A stretch of 64,000 bases of DNA from Planctomycetota bacterium (GCA_039190745.1 JBCCXZ010000009.1:1-64000), one strand, 5' to 3'; shown: positions 1 through 14,400, numbered from the stretch's first letter. Notes: generated by a model not told the origin, from the letters alone. Translations and numbers: made by a program.

Positions 1-651
1 CCAGAGTCTTGGAGAACCGCGGCGGAACCCGGCGAAGGCGATAAAGTCTACGGCGAGACGATGACCGTGGGCCGGGTGATGGAGGAGGTGCTGCGGGACC
101 GGGCGTTCTACAAACGCTCCGGCGGCGGGCTGACCCTCTCCGGCGGCGAGCCGACAATGCAGCAAGAGTTCTGTCTGGCTTTGTTGTCTGAGGCCAAACA
201 GGCCGACATCCACACGTGCCTGGACACTTCGGGGCTGTTCCACGACCAGTTGCTGGAGAAGCTCGCCCCGTTGGTCGACCTGTTCTACTTCGATTACAAA
301 GCAACTGGGGAAGAACTCCACCGTCGCCTCACCGGGGTCGCCCCAGGGCCGATTCTGGAGAACCTTGGCCGCCTGTACGCGAAGGGCTGCTCGATCGTCT
401 TGAGGTGCCCCTTTGTGCCTGGGATCAATGTTTCGGCTGAGCATCTCGCCGAGCTTGCATCCATCAGTAAACGGTTTCCGGATCTCAAGGGCATCGAAGT
501 CCTGCCGTATCACCGAGCGGGCAGGCACAAGTACGACGAGTTGTGCTACCCCCGTCCCGAATTGCGTTCGCACGAGCCGGACGAATCCGAAGTCGAGGGC
601 TGGCTGGCAGAACTGAGGTTTCTAGGGGCTGATCGAGTGCGTCGTGGTTAG
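1..651 (+). CDS. Glycyl-radical enzyme activating enzyme (radical SAM), 5'-truncated by the window edge
   Basis: Frame is open from base 1 (PESW...KVYGETMTV). It has FY..SGGGLTLSGGEP, HTCLDTSG, DLFYFDYK and EVLPYHRAG motifs typical of PflA-family activases. The CxxxCxxC motif lies upstream of the window. Confidence 0.85.
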   Translation, partial: PESWRTAAEPGEGDKVYGETMTVGRVMEEVLRDRAFYKRSGGGLTLSGGEPTMQQEFCLALLSEAKQADIHTCLDTSGLFHDQLLEKLAPLVDLFYFDYKATGEELHRRLTGVAPGPILENLGRLYAKGCSIVLRCPFVPGINVSAEHLAELASISKRFPDLKGIEVLPYHRAGRHKYDELCYPRPELRSHEPDESEVEGWLAELRFLGADRVRRG

Positions 652-919
652 GACCTCGCCCAGCGTGCTGGGCATCGGGGAGGCTCTTTTCCGCTCTTGT
701 TACTTCTCTCTTCCGAAATTTGACTTGTCGCTAGTGTCCTACGAATCCTTGGTAAGTATGGGATCTGCCTGTTTTCTGTGCCCGATCTTTTGACTCGACG
801 TGCGGGTACAAGTAGACTGGCGCTTGCGGCTACCCACTCTGACTACTTGGTTTCCCTCACGAGTTCTCGATCTAACGGTCCGATCTCCATCCCGCTCACG
901 CTGGGAACGCTAGTGAACT

Positions 920-993
920 AAACGGCATTCAGACACCTCTCTCCTACTGCGCGCCTGCGCAGTGTGAGGGGCGTGTCTGACTGCCGTTTTTTT
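920..993 (+). terminator. Long stem-loop with T7 tract in the leader of a PEP-CTERM gene (terminator/attenuator candidate)
   Basis: AAACGGCA/TGCCGTTT, TCAGACAC/GTGTCTGA and ACTGCGC/GCGCAGT pair in nested order, followed by TTTTTTT. Confidence 0.6.
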
Positions 994-1050
994 ATTGCCT
1001 CTCGAACCGCTGCTCGGTTCGCCTCGATCGAAGACACCTAGAGCGAGCTC

Positions 1051-2253
1051 ATGAACACCACCATCCGAGGGATCCGCTGCTGCGCGCGCTTGATGCGCCC
1101 GGCGGCAATCTGCTGCGTTGCGCTGCTTCCTGTTGCCGCGAGCGGTATGCCGCTTGCGACGTTTCCCGACCAGACCGAGCTGAACAAGTACCTCATCGTC
1201 GGCATGACCTCAGACGGCGACGCTGTGGACGTACAGAACACCGAACTGGGCGCCGACCGGCAGGTGCTCTCCGACGGGAGCAGCGTTCCCAACTCGCAGA
1301 GCGAAGCGGGGCCGAATACGTTCGACGTGTTCGCCGAGCGTTGGGGCGACGGCACAGAGACCTCGGTACCGCCCTCGCCGGCGGCGCCGATCTTTGAGGG
1401 GATCGACTGGAGCGGCAACGTCGCGATCACCGACGACGACGGCGAGTTCAGCATGTCGAACATCGACCTCTACGCCGACATCGGCGTGCAGTGCAACGGC
1501 ACGCCATGCGATCAGAGCGTGAGCAACACGCTGTGGTTCGAAGACCAGCAATTGACCGCCACTGGAAACGTGCCAAGCGTCGGCGTTAGCTCGTTCAACT
1601 CGGGGCCGCTGCTGACCGAGATCCAGGGCTGGAAGGACTACATCGACGGCCTGACAGCCGAGACGACCATCACGAGCAACATCGTCAATCAGAACGATAT
1701 CGACGGCACCGGCCCGTTCATCACCGACCTCGACGCAGCCGACACGAACAACGACAGTTTGGCGGTGATCGACATCGTGATCGACGGCGGCAACAGCGAC
1801 TTTGAGCTGAACAACTCCGACTGGATCCTGCAGGGCTCGGAGGACGTGTTCGCCATCTTCCGCATCCGCGGCGACAGCAACTTCAACATCAGCAACGGCG
1901 CCATCTTGCTGGGCGACGGCGGCATCGCCGACGGCTCCGACACCGATCCGCCAACCAGGCTGGGGGCCATCTTCTTCAAGGGCGACGAAGAAGGGTCCGA
2001 CAGCAGCGACGCGGTGTTCAACGCCGACAACGTCATCTTGAACGGCATCGGGTTCTACGACCTGGTGACCGTCGGCGACGGCGGCAGCACCCAGATCAAC
2101 ATCCAGAACGGCCAAGGGTGTGCCCAATTCGTGGGTTCGAGCGTCGACATGGACAACGTGCGGTTCAACCACTGCGCGGGCGCGGTGATCCCGGAACCGA
2201 CAACGCTGGTCTTCGTCGCAGTGTCTCTGCTGTGGTGTGCGTCACGCCGTTAG
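1051..2253 (+). CDS. Secreted acidic PEP-CTERM protein of unknown function
   Basis: N-terminal signal-like segment, D/N/G/T-rich body, and C-terminal IPEPTT + hydrophobic helix + RR. Confidence 0.85.
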   Translation: MNTTIRGIRCCARLMRPAAICCVALLPVAASGMPLATFPDQTELNKYLIVGMTSDGDAVDVQNTELGADRQVLSDGSSVPNSQSEAGPNTFDVFAERWGDGTETSVPPSPAAPIFEGIDWSGNVAITDDDGEFSMSNIDLYADIGVQCNGTPCDQSVSNTLWFEDQQLTATGNVPSVGVSSFNSGPLLTEIQGWKDYIDGLTAETTITSNIVNQNDIDGTGPFITDLDAADTNNDSLAVIDIVIDGGNSDFELNNSDWILQGSEDVFAIFRIRGDSNFNISNGAILLGDGGIADGSDTDPPTRLGAIFFKGDEEGSDSSDAVFNADNVILNGIGFYDLVTVGDGGSTQINIQNGQGCAQFVGSSVDMDNVRFNHCAGAVIPEPTTLVFVAVSLLWCASRR

Positions 2254-2418
2254 TGCAAAGCTCCTAAAGATTTCGTGTCACGATTCTCACGAGCCCAGAG
2301 CGCGCGGTCTGTGGCTGCGACACCGTTTTCTGGTTTTCTGCTGCGTTGTCGGTATACTAACGCGCGCGGAGCCGGGTTCTCCTGCGCCGCTTTCTCTTCG
2401 ACAGTAGGGGGTAGCGTG

Positions 2419-4800
2419 ATGCGCCGTTCAGTGGACCCGCGGTCGGCTTTGATTTGTTCTACGAGGCGGCTGGGCACTGCCTGTGTGCTGTGGTCGCTGA
2501 CGATCGCTTCGTCGCTAGCGGCGGATGCGTCACTCGACCGGACGGTACTGCCGATCAAGCCGCCGTATGAGGAGCCGATCACGACGCTCGACGCGCGGGA
2601 CGCCACGGCGCCGCCGATGTTCCAGGTGAAGGCCCCGGAGAAGGCGCCCAACGTGGTGATCATCCTTGTGGACGACCTGGGCTTTGGCGGCACGAGCCGC
2701 TTCGGCGGGCCGATCCCGACGCCGACGTTCGATAAACTGGCCCGCGAGGGGCTGAGCTACAACCAGTTCCACACGACCGCGCTCTGCTCGCCGACGCGGC
2801 AGGCGCTGAAGACAGGCCGCAACCACCACTCGTGCAACCAGGCAAAGATCACCGAGGTGGCGACCTCGTTCCCCGGCGCTACGGGGCAGCTGCCCAGCGA
2901 CGTGGCGAGCGTTGCGACGGTGCTCAGCCACAACGGCTACAGCACGGGTGCGTTCGGCAAGTGGCACGAGACGGCGGTTTGGGAGATCAGCCCCTCGGGT
3001 CCGATGACGCGCTGGCCCAACAGGCAGGGCTTCGACAAGTTCTACGGCTTCCTGGGCGGGGAGACCAACCAGTGGTCGCCGATGGTGTACGACAACCTGA
3101 ACCCGGTCGAACCGCCCGACGAGCCCGGCTACCACTTCATGCGGGACATGACGACCCAGTCGATCAACTGGGTGCGTTCCCAGCAGGCGTTGACGCCGGA
3201 CAAGCCGTTCTTCGTCTACTTCGCCCCCGGCGCGGTCCACGCGCCGCACCACGTGCCGGAGGAGTACATCGAGAAGTACCGGGGCAAGTTCGACGCGGGT
3301 TGGGACGCGGTGCGCGAGCAGATCTATCAGCGGCAGCTCGTGAGCGGCGTGATCCCGCCGGGGACGAAACTGGCTGACAAACCGGACGACATCAAGGACT
3401 GGGCAGAGCTTTCTGAAAAGGAGCGGAAGCTTTTCGCCCGGCAGGCGGAGGTGTTCGCGGCCTACCTCGACATGTGTGACACGGAGATCGGCCGGTTGAT
3501 CCAGGCGATCGACGACATAGGCGAGACGGAGAACACGCTGGTGTTCTACATCGCCGGCGACAACGGCACGAGCGCCGAAGGCATGGCCACCGGTTTGTAC
3601 AACGAGATGACGTACTTCAATGCCGAGCCGAAGGGGTCGGACGTCGACTTCATGATGCAGTACTACGACGCCTGGGGCGACCCGACGACGTACCCCCACA
3701 TGGCGTCTGGGTGGGCGGTTTGCTTCGATTCGCCGTTCAAGTGGACCAAGCAAGTGGCGTCGAACTACGGCGGCACACGGCAAGGCTTGGCGGTGCGTTG
3801 GCCGGCGGGCATCGATTCGGAGGGCGGGCTGCGTTCGCAGTGGCACCACGTGATCGACGTTGTGCCAACAATCCTGGAAGCGGCGGGGCTGCCCGAGCCG
3901 CGGGTGGTGGACGGCGTGCCGCAGCGGCCGATCGAGGGCGTGAGCATGCTCTACAGCTTCAACGACGCCGACGCGGCCGACCGGCACACGACGCAGTACT
4001 TCGAGATGTTCGGCAACCGCGGCGTGTACCAGAACGGCTGGTTCGCCGGCACCGTGCACGTAAAGCCTTGGTCGGTCGTCGAAAACGGTTTCGCCGAGGA
4101 CACGTGGGAACTGTACAAGGTGGACGAAGACTTCAGTATGGCCGAGGACCTTGCGGCGGAGCATCCGGAAAAGCTTGGGGAGCTGCAAGACGTGTTCTTG
4201 GCTGAGGCTGCCAAGTACAAGGTGTTACCACTGGACGACCGGCGGACGGAGCTTTTCGACCCGAACCGAGCGGGGCGGCCGGACCTGATGTTCGGCAGGA
4301 GATCGCTTACGCTCTACGAGGGCATGGGCTCGATGATGGAGAACGGCTTTATCAACGTGAAGAACACGTCGTTCGAGATCGTGGCTGACATCGAAGCCGC
4401 AGGGGCGGAGACCGGCGGCGTCATCGTTCAGCAGGGGGGGCGTTTCGGCGGGTGGTCGTTGTACACGCACAAGGGCAAACTGAAGTTTGCCTACAACTAC
4501 CTGGGGCTGCAGACCTTCGCAGGGGAGAGCGACGCTGTCTTGCCGCGCGGCCCCGTGACCGTGGGCGTCGACTTCGCGTACGACGGGGGAAAGCCCGGGG
4601 CGGGGGGGACCGCTACACTGATGATCGGAGGCAAGCCTTCCGGCTCGGTGCGTGTCGAGAAGACCGAGCCGAACGTCTTCTCTGCAGACGAAACGGCCAA
4701 TGTGGGCAAGGATACCGAGACGCCGGTGACCGAAGACTACGATCGCACGTCGAGCCGGTTCTCGGGCTCGATTGAGACGGTGACGATCAATCTGAAGTAG
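2419..4800 (+). CDS. Arylsulfatase (Cys-type, long form with C-terminal beta-sandwich)
   Basis: PNVVIILVDDLG, CSPTR formylglycine motif, GKWH and GDNG. Start set at the ATG before the signal peptide (estimate). Confidence 0.92.
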   Translation: MRRSVDPRSALICSTRRLGTACVLWSLTIASSLAADASLDRTVLPIKPPYEEPITTLDARDATAPPMFQVKAPEKAPNVVIILVDDLGFGGTSRFGGPIPTPTFDKLAREGLSYNQFHTTALCSPTRQALKTGRNHHSCNQAKITEVATSFPGATGQLPSDVASVATVLSHNGYSTGAFGKWHETAVWEISPSGPMTRWPNRQGFDKFYGFLGGETNQWSPMVYDNLNPVEPPDEPGYHFMRDMTTQSINWVRSQQALTPDKPFFVYFAPGAVHAPHHVPEEYIEKYRGKFDAGWDAVREQIYQRQLVSGVIPPGTKLADKPDDIKDWAELSEKERKLFARQAEVFAAYLDMCDTEIGRLIQAIDDIGETENTLVFYIAGDNGTSAEGMATGLYNEMTYFNAEPKGSDVDFMMQYYDAWGDPTTYPHMASGWAVCFDSPFKWTKQVASNYGGTRQGLAVRWPAGIDSEGGLRSQWHHVIDVVPTILEAAGLPEPRVVDGVPQRPIEGVSMLYSFNDADAADRHTTQYFEMFGNRGVYQNGWFAGTVHVKPWSVVENGFAEDTWELYKVDEDFSMAEDLAAEHPEKLGELQDVFLAEAAKYKVLPLDDRRTELFDPNRAGRPDLMFGRRSLTLYEGMGSMMENGFINVKNTSFEIVADIEAAGAETGGVIVQQGGRFGGWSLYTHKGKLKFAYNYLGLQTFAGESDAVLPRGPVTVGVDFAYDGGKPGAGGTATLMIGGKPSGSVRVEKTEPNVFSADETANVGKDTETPVTEDYDRTSSRFSGSIETVTINLK

Positions 4801-4905
4801 CCGTCGAGAGTGGGTGACCGAAGTTTAGGCGTGGTACAGGTCCCGGGCGATTTGGGCTTGCCGCACCGCGACCGGGCCCAGATATTAATGGATTGGCCGA
4901 GCCAC

Positions 4906-4978
4906 GCCCCGTTCGTCTAGTGGCCCAGGACACCGCCCTCTCACGGCGGAGACAGGGGTTCGACTCCCCTACGGGGTA
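4906..4978 (+). tRNA. tRNA-Glu (CTC)
   Basis: Acceptor stem GCCCCGT/ACGGGGT, anticodon arm CCGCC-CTCTCAC-GGCGG, T-loop GGTTCGACTCC. CCA is not encoded. Confidence 0.95.
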
Positions 4979-5089
4979 CTCTTCTTGCTTGATTTCATGG
5001 GTTGGACGCGGTCAACTTCTTGCGTTGGGACTTCCACCGGGCTTTCTTTCTATCCCTGCGCCCGAGTTCGGCGGCCGGGCCTTCCGCTC

Positions 5090-6472
5090 GTGCTTTTGCT
5101 GTGTGTGACTGGCGCCTTTGTCAGCGCACAAGCCGCCGCGGAAGCGCCGCCCAACTTTGTCTTCTTCCTCGTGGACGACTTGGGCTGGGGGGCGATGAGC
5201 GCCTACGGCTCGAGCCTGCACGAGACGCCCGCCTTCGACCAGCTCTGCCGGCGCGGCATGCGGTTCACCAACGCTTACGCCGCTTGCACGGTTTGCTCGC
5301 CGAGCCGGGCGGCCATCCTGACGGGGCAGGCGCCCGCACGGCTGCGGCTGACGGATTGGATCCCTGGCCACCCGAGCAAGAACGCCCCGTTGGCCGTGCC
5401 GGATTGGGAGCAGCAGATGGCCGCCGGGCAGACGACGCTGCCCGAGGCCTTGGGTGCTCACGGTTACCAGACGTGGTTCCTCGGCAAGTGGCACCTGATG
5501 CCGCTGTACCGCAAGTGGTCCGCTGAGCAGCGTCGGGCAGCCCGTGGGTTGCACACACCCGAGGCGCACGGTTTCGGCGTAAACATCGGCGGCCGCGAGT
5601 GGGGCCAACCCAAGGGCAAGGGCAGGTTCTTCTCACCCTTCGGTATGCCGGGGCTCGAAGAGGCGCCGGCGGGCGAGTACCTCACCGACCGCTTAACCGA
5701 CGAAGCGATCCGGCTGCTTGAGTCTCGGAGCGCAGAGCCGTTCCTGCTTTACCTGTCGTACTACACGGTGCACACGCCTCTGATGGCCAAGCCGGAGGAC
5801 GTGGCTTACTTCCTGGAGAAGCAAGGCGACGAACCCGGGCCGGAAGCACAGAAGCGAGCCGTCTACGCGGCGATGCACAAGAGCCTCGACGAGAGCGTTG
5901 GACGCATCGTGGCGAAGCTCGAAGCGTTGGGGCTCACAGAAAACACGGTTGTGGTCTTCACCGGCGACAACGGCGGGGACCGCCACGATGCGTGCGGGGG
6001 CCTGCGGGGCAGGAAGGCGACTGCGTTCGAGGGGGGGACCCGCGTGCCGACGTGCGTGGTCTGGCCGGGGGAGGTCGAGCCGGGATCGGTTTGCGAGGAG
6101 CCGATCATCGGGATGGACTTCTACCCGACGATGCTCGAAGCAGCGGGGCTGCCGCCGATGCCGGAGCAGTGCCTAGACGGCGAAAGCCTGGCGCCGCTGC
6201 TGAGCGGCGGCGGGCTCGGCGAGCGGGCGCTCTACTGGCACTACCCGCACTACCACCGCACGACCCCGTACGGCGCCGTCCGCGACGGAGACTGGAAGCT
6301 CATCGAGTTCTACGAGGATGAGCGTTCGCTGCTATTCAACCTTTCCGACGACCCTGCGGAGCAGACCGACCTCGCGGCGGCGGAACCGGATGTCGCAGCC
6401 AGGCTGCGGCGGTCCCTCGGTTCTTGGCGGACGAGCGTAGGTGCTCAGATGCCGACGCCTGTTCGGGAATAG
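5090..6472 (+). CDS. Sulfatase (Cys-type)
   Basis: PNFVFFLVDDLG, CSPSR, GKWHL, GDNGG and YWHYPHY. Start at GTG is an estimate. Confidence 0.92.
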   Translation: MLLLCVTGAFVSAQAAAEAPPNFVFFLVDDLGWGAMSAYGSSLHETPAFDQLCRRGMRFTNAYAACTVCSPSRAAILTGQAPARLRLTDWIPGHPSKNAPLAVPDWEQQMAAGQTTLPEALGAHGYQTWFLGKWHLMPLYRKWSAEQRRAARGLHTPEAHGFGVNIGGREWGQPKGKGRFFSPFGMPGLEEAPAGEYLTDRLTDEAIRLLESRSAEPFLLYLSYYTVHTPLMAKPEDVAYFLEKQGDEPGPEAQKRAVYAAMHKSLDESVGRIVAKLEALGLTENTVVVFTGDNGGDRHDACGGLRGRKATAFEGGTRVPTCVVWPGEVEPGSVCEEPIIGMDFYPTMLEAAGLPPMPEQCLDGESLAPLLSGGGLGERALYWHYPHYHRTTPYGAVRDGDWKLIEFYEDERSLLFNLSDDPAEQTDLAAAEPDVAARLRRSLGSWRTSVGAQMPTPVRE

Positions 6473-6498
6473 CCTCTGCCCTGGGCCGTCGCTAAACA

Positions 6499-9666
<3,168 letters not shown>

Positions 9667-9689
9667 TTATGGCCCGCCCGGGTCCGCAG

Positions 9690-10616
9690 CTATTCTTCAC
9701 TCGGTGCGAGTTGGTAGACGCGGACGTAGTCGACCTCGTACCGGATGGGGAACGCCGCCGATGAGGGGTCGCCGCCGTGCACGCCGCCGACCGCAAGGTT
9801 GAGCCGGATGTACTGGGGTTTGCGGAAAGGGTTCTCGCCGAGCCCGCCGCTGCCCGTGGCCCGGGCGACGTCGATGCGGTTCACGAGCAAGTCATCAGCG
9901 TACAACTCGATTGCGTCGGGCGTCCAGTCCATGCGCCAGACGTGGAAGCGGCTGGCCCAGCCGGGTTCGCCGAGTTCGGTGAGGGGCATCTTGGCTGCGT
10001 ACCAGACGATTTTCTGGTTGCTGCCCAGCCACGCCGCGTTGGCGAGGATCGAGCCGCGGTAGTACTCCATGATGTCGATCTCCCCGGCCGCGGGCCACTT
10101 GCCGTAGCCGACGGTCCAGAACGCGGGCCAGGCTCCGGGGTCGATGGGGATGCGGGCCTTGGCGACGAACCGGCCGTACCGCCAGTCCTGCTTGCCGCCG
10201 GTGTGCAGTGACGCGGACGTGTACTGAGCGGCCTTGCGTTTGACGCCCCATTCCTGCAGGCCCCGGCGGGGCGGCTGGTTGAAGTCGGGATTGGGCCGTC
10301 GCTCGCGGCGGGCTTCGATGACAAGCCGCCCGTCTTCGCAGAAGGCGTTCTCTTCCTGGTACCACTGGAGCTCTCGGTTGCGGACGAAGCCGCTCTCGAA
10401 GTTCCAAGACGACTCGTCGGGCGGGCCGTCTTCGGTGAACTCGTCCGACCAGACGAGCCGGTAGCCGCCGGCTGTGAACTCGTCGTCGCTTTCTGCGTGT
10501 GCCGCCCCGGATGAGGCCGCCGCCGCGAACGCCCCCACGAGGAACGTCCGACGAACCCAAGCACGCCGCGTGGCACTCCGCCCGATTGGGACGGCACTCA
10601 CTCTAAGCGGCTGCAT
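9690..10616 (-). CDS. GH16 glycoside hydrolase (laminarinase-like) with Tat signal
   Basis: LVWSDEF, WPAFW, catalytic GEIDIME and NLAVGG; RRTFL twin-arginine motif. Start may be ATG 10616 or GTG 10601. Confidence 0.88.
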   Translation of the reverse strand: MQPLRVSAVPIGRSATRRAWVRRTFLVGAFAAAASSGAAHAESDDEFTAGGYRLVWSDEFTEDGPPDESSWNFESGFVRNRELQWYQEENAFCEDGRLVIEARRERRPNPDFNQPPRRGLQEWGVKRKAAQYTSASLHTGGKQDWRYGRFVAKARIPIDPGAWPAFWTVGYGKWPAAGEIDIMEYYRGSILANAAWLGSNQKIVWYAAKMPLTELGEPGWASRFHVWRMDWTPDAIELYADDLLVNRIDVARATGSGGLGENPFRKPQYIRLNLAVGGVHGGDPSSAAFPIRYEVDYVRVYQLAPSEE

Positions 10617-11472
10617 AGATTTCGCCCAACTGCGTGAGCCCGCCCTGCATGTCGAAAAGGGCGGAGGTACCCAGGGCGCGGTTGGTTTGTTTGGCCGAGA
10701 ACCATGCGTAGCGTTTGACGAAATCGAGCTCTTCGAGGGCCGGCAGGAGTTCTCGCATGAAGCGGACAATGGTCTCGGGGGAATGGCGGTTTTCTTCGGC
10801 TTTCTTCGCACGCCAGTCGCCGACGGCGAACTCGGTGATCCAGAGCGGCCGGCCGAACTCGCGGTGGACCTTCTCGAGCCGCTTGACGAGCGCCTCGGGG
10901 TTGGGGCCGCCGTAAGAGTGGACAGCAATGAAGTCGACCCGCAGATTCTGCTGTTCCACGAGCCCCATGAAGTTGCGCATCCACTCACGGTCGGGGTGGA
11001 CGCACCCGGGGCTCACCAGCGGTATGCCCGTTTCCATGAGTTGAGGCCACAAGTCGACCACCCTCTCGACGCTCATGTTGCTCTGGTTCGCCGAATCGGG
11101 CTCGTTGAAGCCCATCAGGTATCGGATCTCGTCGTTCTCGTACTGCTGCTTCAGCCTCTCGAGCACGCTAGCGAGTTTGTCGTCGCGGCCGTCTCCCCAA
11201 ATCATCGGGCAGTACTCGATTCCCGACGGCATGTCCGCGGGCTTGTTCGACCCCCAGGAGTAGTGCCACTTGGCGTTGAGCTTGGTGACCCGGCTCCGCC
11301 ATCCGTTGCCGTCTCGCACGACGAAGCAGGCCCCTTTCTTCGGTGAGCCGGCCGGCGAAGCCAACGCCGCGGCCGCCGGGGGGGAAGCCAACGCGGCGGC
11401 GCCGGCTGCTAGGAAACCGCGGCGGGAAAGGGAGGAGTTCACGGGGGCGCTCCGGGGGTTCTCAGCATTCAA
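10603..11472 (-). CDS. GH128-type glycoside hydrolase (beta-1,3-glucanase family) with Tat signal
   Basis: SRRGFL Tat motif; WHYSW, PMIWG, GFNEPD, PLWITEFA and RYAWF. Confidence 0.85.
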   Translation of the reverse strand: MNAENPRSAPVNSSLSRRGFLAAGAAALASPPAAAALASPAGSPKKGACFVVRDGNGWRSRVTKLNAKWHYSWGSNKPADMPSGIEYCPMIWGDGRDDKLASVLERLKQQYENDEIRYLMGFNEPDSANQSNMSVERVVDLWPQLMETGIPLVSPGCVHPDREWMRNFMGLVEQQNLRVDFIAVHSYGGPNPEALVKRLEKVHREFGRPLWITEFAVGDWRAKKAEENRHSPETIVRFMRELLPALEELDFVKRYAWFSAKQTNRALGTSALFDMQGGLTQLGEIYAAA

Positions 11473-14400
11473 CGGGTCATGCGGCGGCGGCCGTAGGCGG
11501 CGAGCGTCGCGAGGGCGGCGAGCAGCACGCCGGAAGGTTCGGGCACCGCGGAAGCGGCCGGCAGCGTCAACGAGCCGGTGTACTCCGACTGCCAGACCAG
11601 CAAGTCTTGGAGATCGGAGTCTCCGTCACCGTCGGCGTCCCCCTCGGCGTTCATGCCGAAAGCGGTCTGCCACTTCGCCAGGTCTTGGTCGTCGACGTCG
11701 CCGTCGAAATCGAAATCGGCGACCGAACCGGCGACGGTCAGCGTGACCGCCGTGCTGGTGTAGTCGACGACAAACACCTGCCCCGCGGCCAGACTCGGCA
11801 GGGTAATCGTGTCGAACTCGCCGAGGATGCCGCCGTCGGCCTCGACGAGCGTAAACGAGTCGCCGAAGTCGGGCGCGAACCCGGCCACGTCGCTCACGTC
11901 CAAAAGGCCGCCCAGCGTTGCGGCGCCCGTGACGTCGAGCATGTCGTGCGTCGCGGGGTCGAGCAGGTCGATCTCAAGCGTGCCGTCGGCGTTCTGGGTG
12001 TAGTTGCCGTCGATATGCATCGTGGTTGGCGGTGTGGCGCCCACTCCGACCAGGGCGAGGTAGTTCTGCTCCACGTCGGCGGCGTCGAAGACGGAGTTGT
12101 TGTAGTACCGGACGGCGGCGACGCTGTCGTGGTAGGCAACCGGGCTCCCGCCCGCGCCGAGCGCGTCTGCGAACTCGCCGACACCCGCGATGTTGCCCCC
12201 GGACCAGTCGTCGATCAGGAGGTTGTCTAGCGTGCCGACGAGCGTGTTGTTCACGTAGAGCGAGATCGAATCGTTCGCCAGGTTGTCGTTCGTGCCCGTC
12301 AGGTCGATCACGCCGACCGCGTGGTGCCAGCCGACGCCGAGGGATTGGCTGAGCGAGAAGGTAGTGCTCCCGGCGCCGTCTCCGTTGACGTTGAAGCTGA
12401 GCGAACCGTTGTCGAGCAGCAGCGACACGCCGCGGTCGGCTCCGCCGGCCTCGAAGAGGACTTGGTCTCCTGCGGAAGAGGCGTCGGCGACGTGGAACAC
12501 GACCTCGAAACTCGCGTCCTGCAGGCTGCGGGGGCCGTTGAGGTCGAAGAAACCGTTGAGCCCGCTGGCCCCGCCGGTGGTCGGGATGTGGTAGGCGGCC
12601 TGGATGCCCGGGAAGGCGGGGTCGGACACCGGCGTGGCAGAGGCGGCGGCGCCGAACGTGAGGTCGCCCACGGCGGCGCCGGCGTTGGACCAAGTCGCGT
12701 CGCCGCTGACGTCGAGAGCGGCGTCGTAGTTGAGTTCCAGGCCCGCGCTGACGATCGACGGCAGGGGCGGGGCTTGCGAGAAACCGGTTCCGCCCACACT
12801 GACGGTCGATGCGGAAACCGTCAGGTCGCCCACGATCGACGCGGAACTGCTGAGCACGGTGACGGTCGACCCGGCCGTCGCGTGCAGCGTGCCGGAGACC
12901 TGGCCCTTGAGGACGAGCGATTGCCCGTTCAGTGTGTACCCGCCGCCGTGGCTGGTCACGTCGAAGTGACCGGTTTCTTCCACTTCGATCGAGGGCGTGC
13001 CGCTGAGCGTCGCCGCGGCGCCGAGCTTGAGCGTGCCCCCTTCGATGGCGGTGGGTCCCTCGTAGGTGTTGCCGGCGTTGTTGAGCCTGAGCGTCCCCGT
13101 GCCCTGTTTCGTGAGGCCGCCCCCGCCGCCGCCCGCCGGCGCGACCAGCGAGCCGTTGACGACCAGCAAGCCGTCGCCTGAAAACCGAGAAGTGTTGTGC
13201 AGGGTGCTCGTGCCGGAGACCGAGTGCGTGCCGTCGAGGATCGGGTTGCTGTGGATGGCTCCGCCGCGGAGCTGCATGTCTTGCGCGAGGTCGGCTCCCG
13301 CGCGGTCGCCGGCCGAGCCGAGGGAGATGGTCGCCCCGGGGTGGAGATCGAAGGCCCCGGTCCCGGCGACTTGCACGCCGCCCTCGAGGCTGAGCGACCC
13401 GCTTGTGGCGATCAGGCTCCCGCGGTTGTTGATGTCGGCTCCGACCAGCCGGACGGTGTTGGCGCCGGTTTTCTCGAGGGTGGCGCCGGCGTTGATTTCC
13501 ACCCAGCCCGCTCCGGAGACGCTGAAGTCGTTGACGCCGCTGGTGAGGCTGTGCCCCTCGACGGCGTAGACCGACTTGACCCCCGGGCTCACGGCGCCCG
13601 AGTTGGTGAGCGTCCCGCCCTTGAGGTAGGCGATCTTCTGGCTGTCGTCGGCTCCGGCGAGGTCGTAGGTCTCGCCGGGCGTGTACGCGGGGATGTAGGC
13701 GTCGCCGACGTTGGTCGGGGTGAGGATGCCGCCCACGTCTTCAACGACGCGGGAGTCGTCGAACGACTGGTAAAAGGAATAGGCCTCGACGTAGCTGCGG
13801 CTCTCGAGCTGGGGGATGACGATGTCGAGGAACTCTTCGTTGGCGTCCCGGATTTGCTGGTCGGTGTACAGGCCGTTCCAGTCGTGGATGGCGAACTCGG
13901 TGATCCACAACGGCAGACCGTAGGTGTTCCAGTAGTAGTCGACGCGGCTGAGGAAGTTGTTGGCCGCCGCGGTCCCGTTGGGGCTGCTGGCTCCGTACCA
14001 GTGGAACGCGAAGCCGTCCATGCGGTAGTTGTTCGCGTTGGCTTGGGTCATAAAGTCGTCGATCCAGGCGCGCCCATCGGGGTCGTCTGATATGCCCGGC
14101 GTGATTAGGTTCATCCCCGTGGCCTCGAACGACGGCCAGGCCGCGATCGCATCGGTCACTGACACGTCCGATTGGGATTCGCGTTCGGGTTCATTGAGCA
14201 CCAGGATGGTGTCGACGTCGTTGTATCCGGTGATGGTGTCGAGCTTGCTCTGAAGGGGCGTAAACTTGTCGAGGTACTTTACGAGCGGGATCCACTCGGC
14301 GTTGGCCGTGGCGTCGCCGGTGGGTTTGGTGTGCCACCAGTGGTAGTACCAGTTCGCATTCCCCGCGTCGGCCAAGCCTTCCTGGCCGCCCGCCCAGCCG

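Noticed and set aside
1..651. Anaerobic sulfatase maturase
   Set aside because: The motifs are PflA-type and there is no SPASM Cys cluster.
800..900. c-di-GMP riboswitch on the minus strand
   Set aside because: Only a loose GGGAAACC...GCAAGC resemblance; the GNRA loop and stems are not convincing, and the orientation is wrong for the downstream gene.
4906..4978. tRNA-Glu as an island integration site
   Set aside because: I saw no integrase and no duplicated tRNA 3' end in the window.
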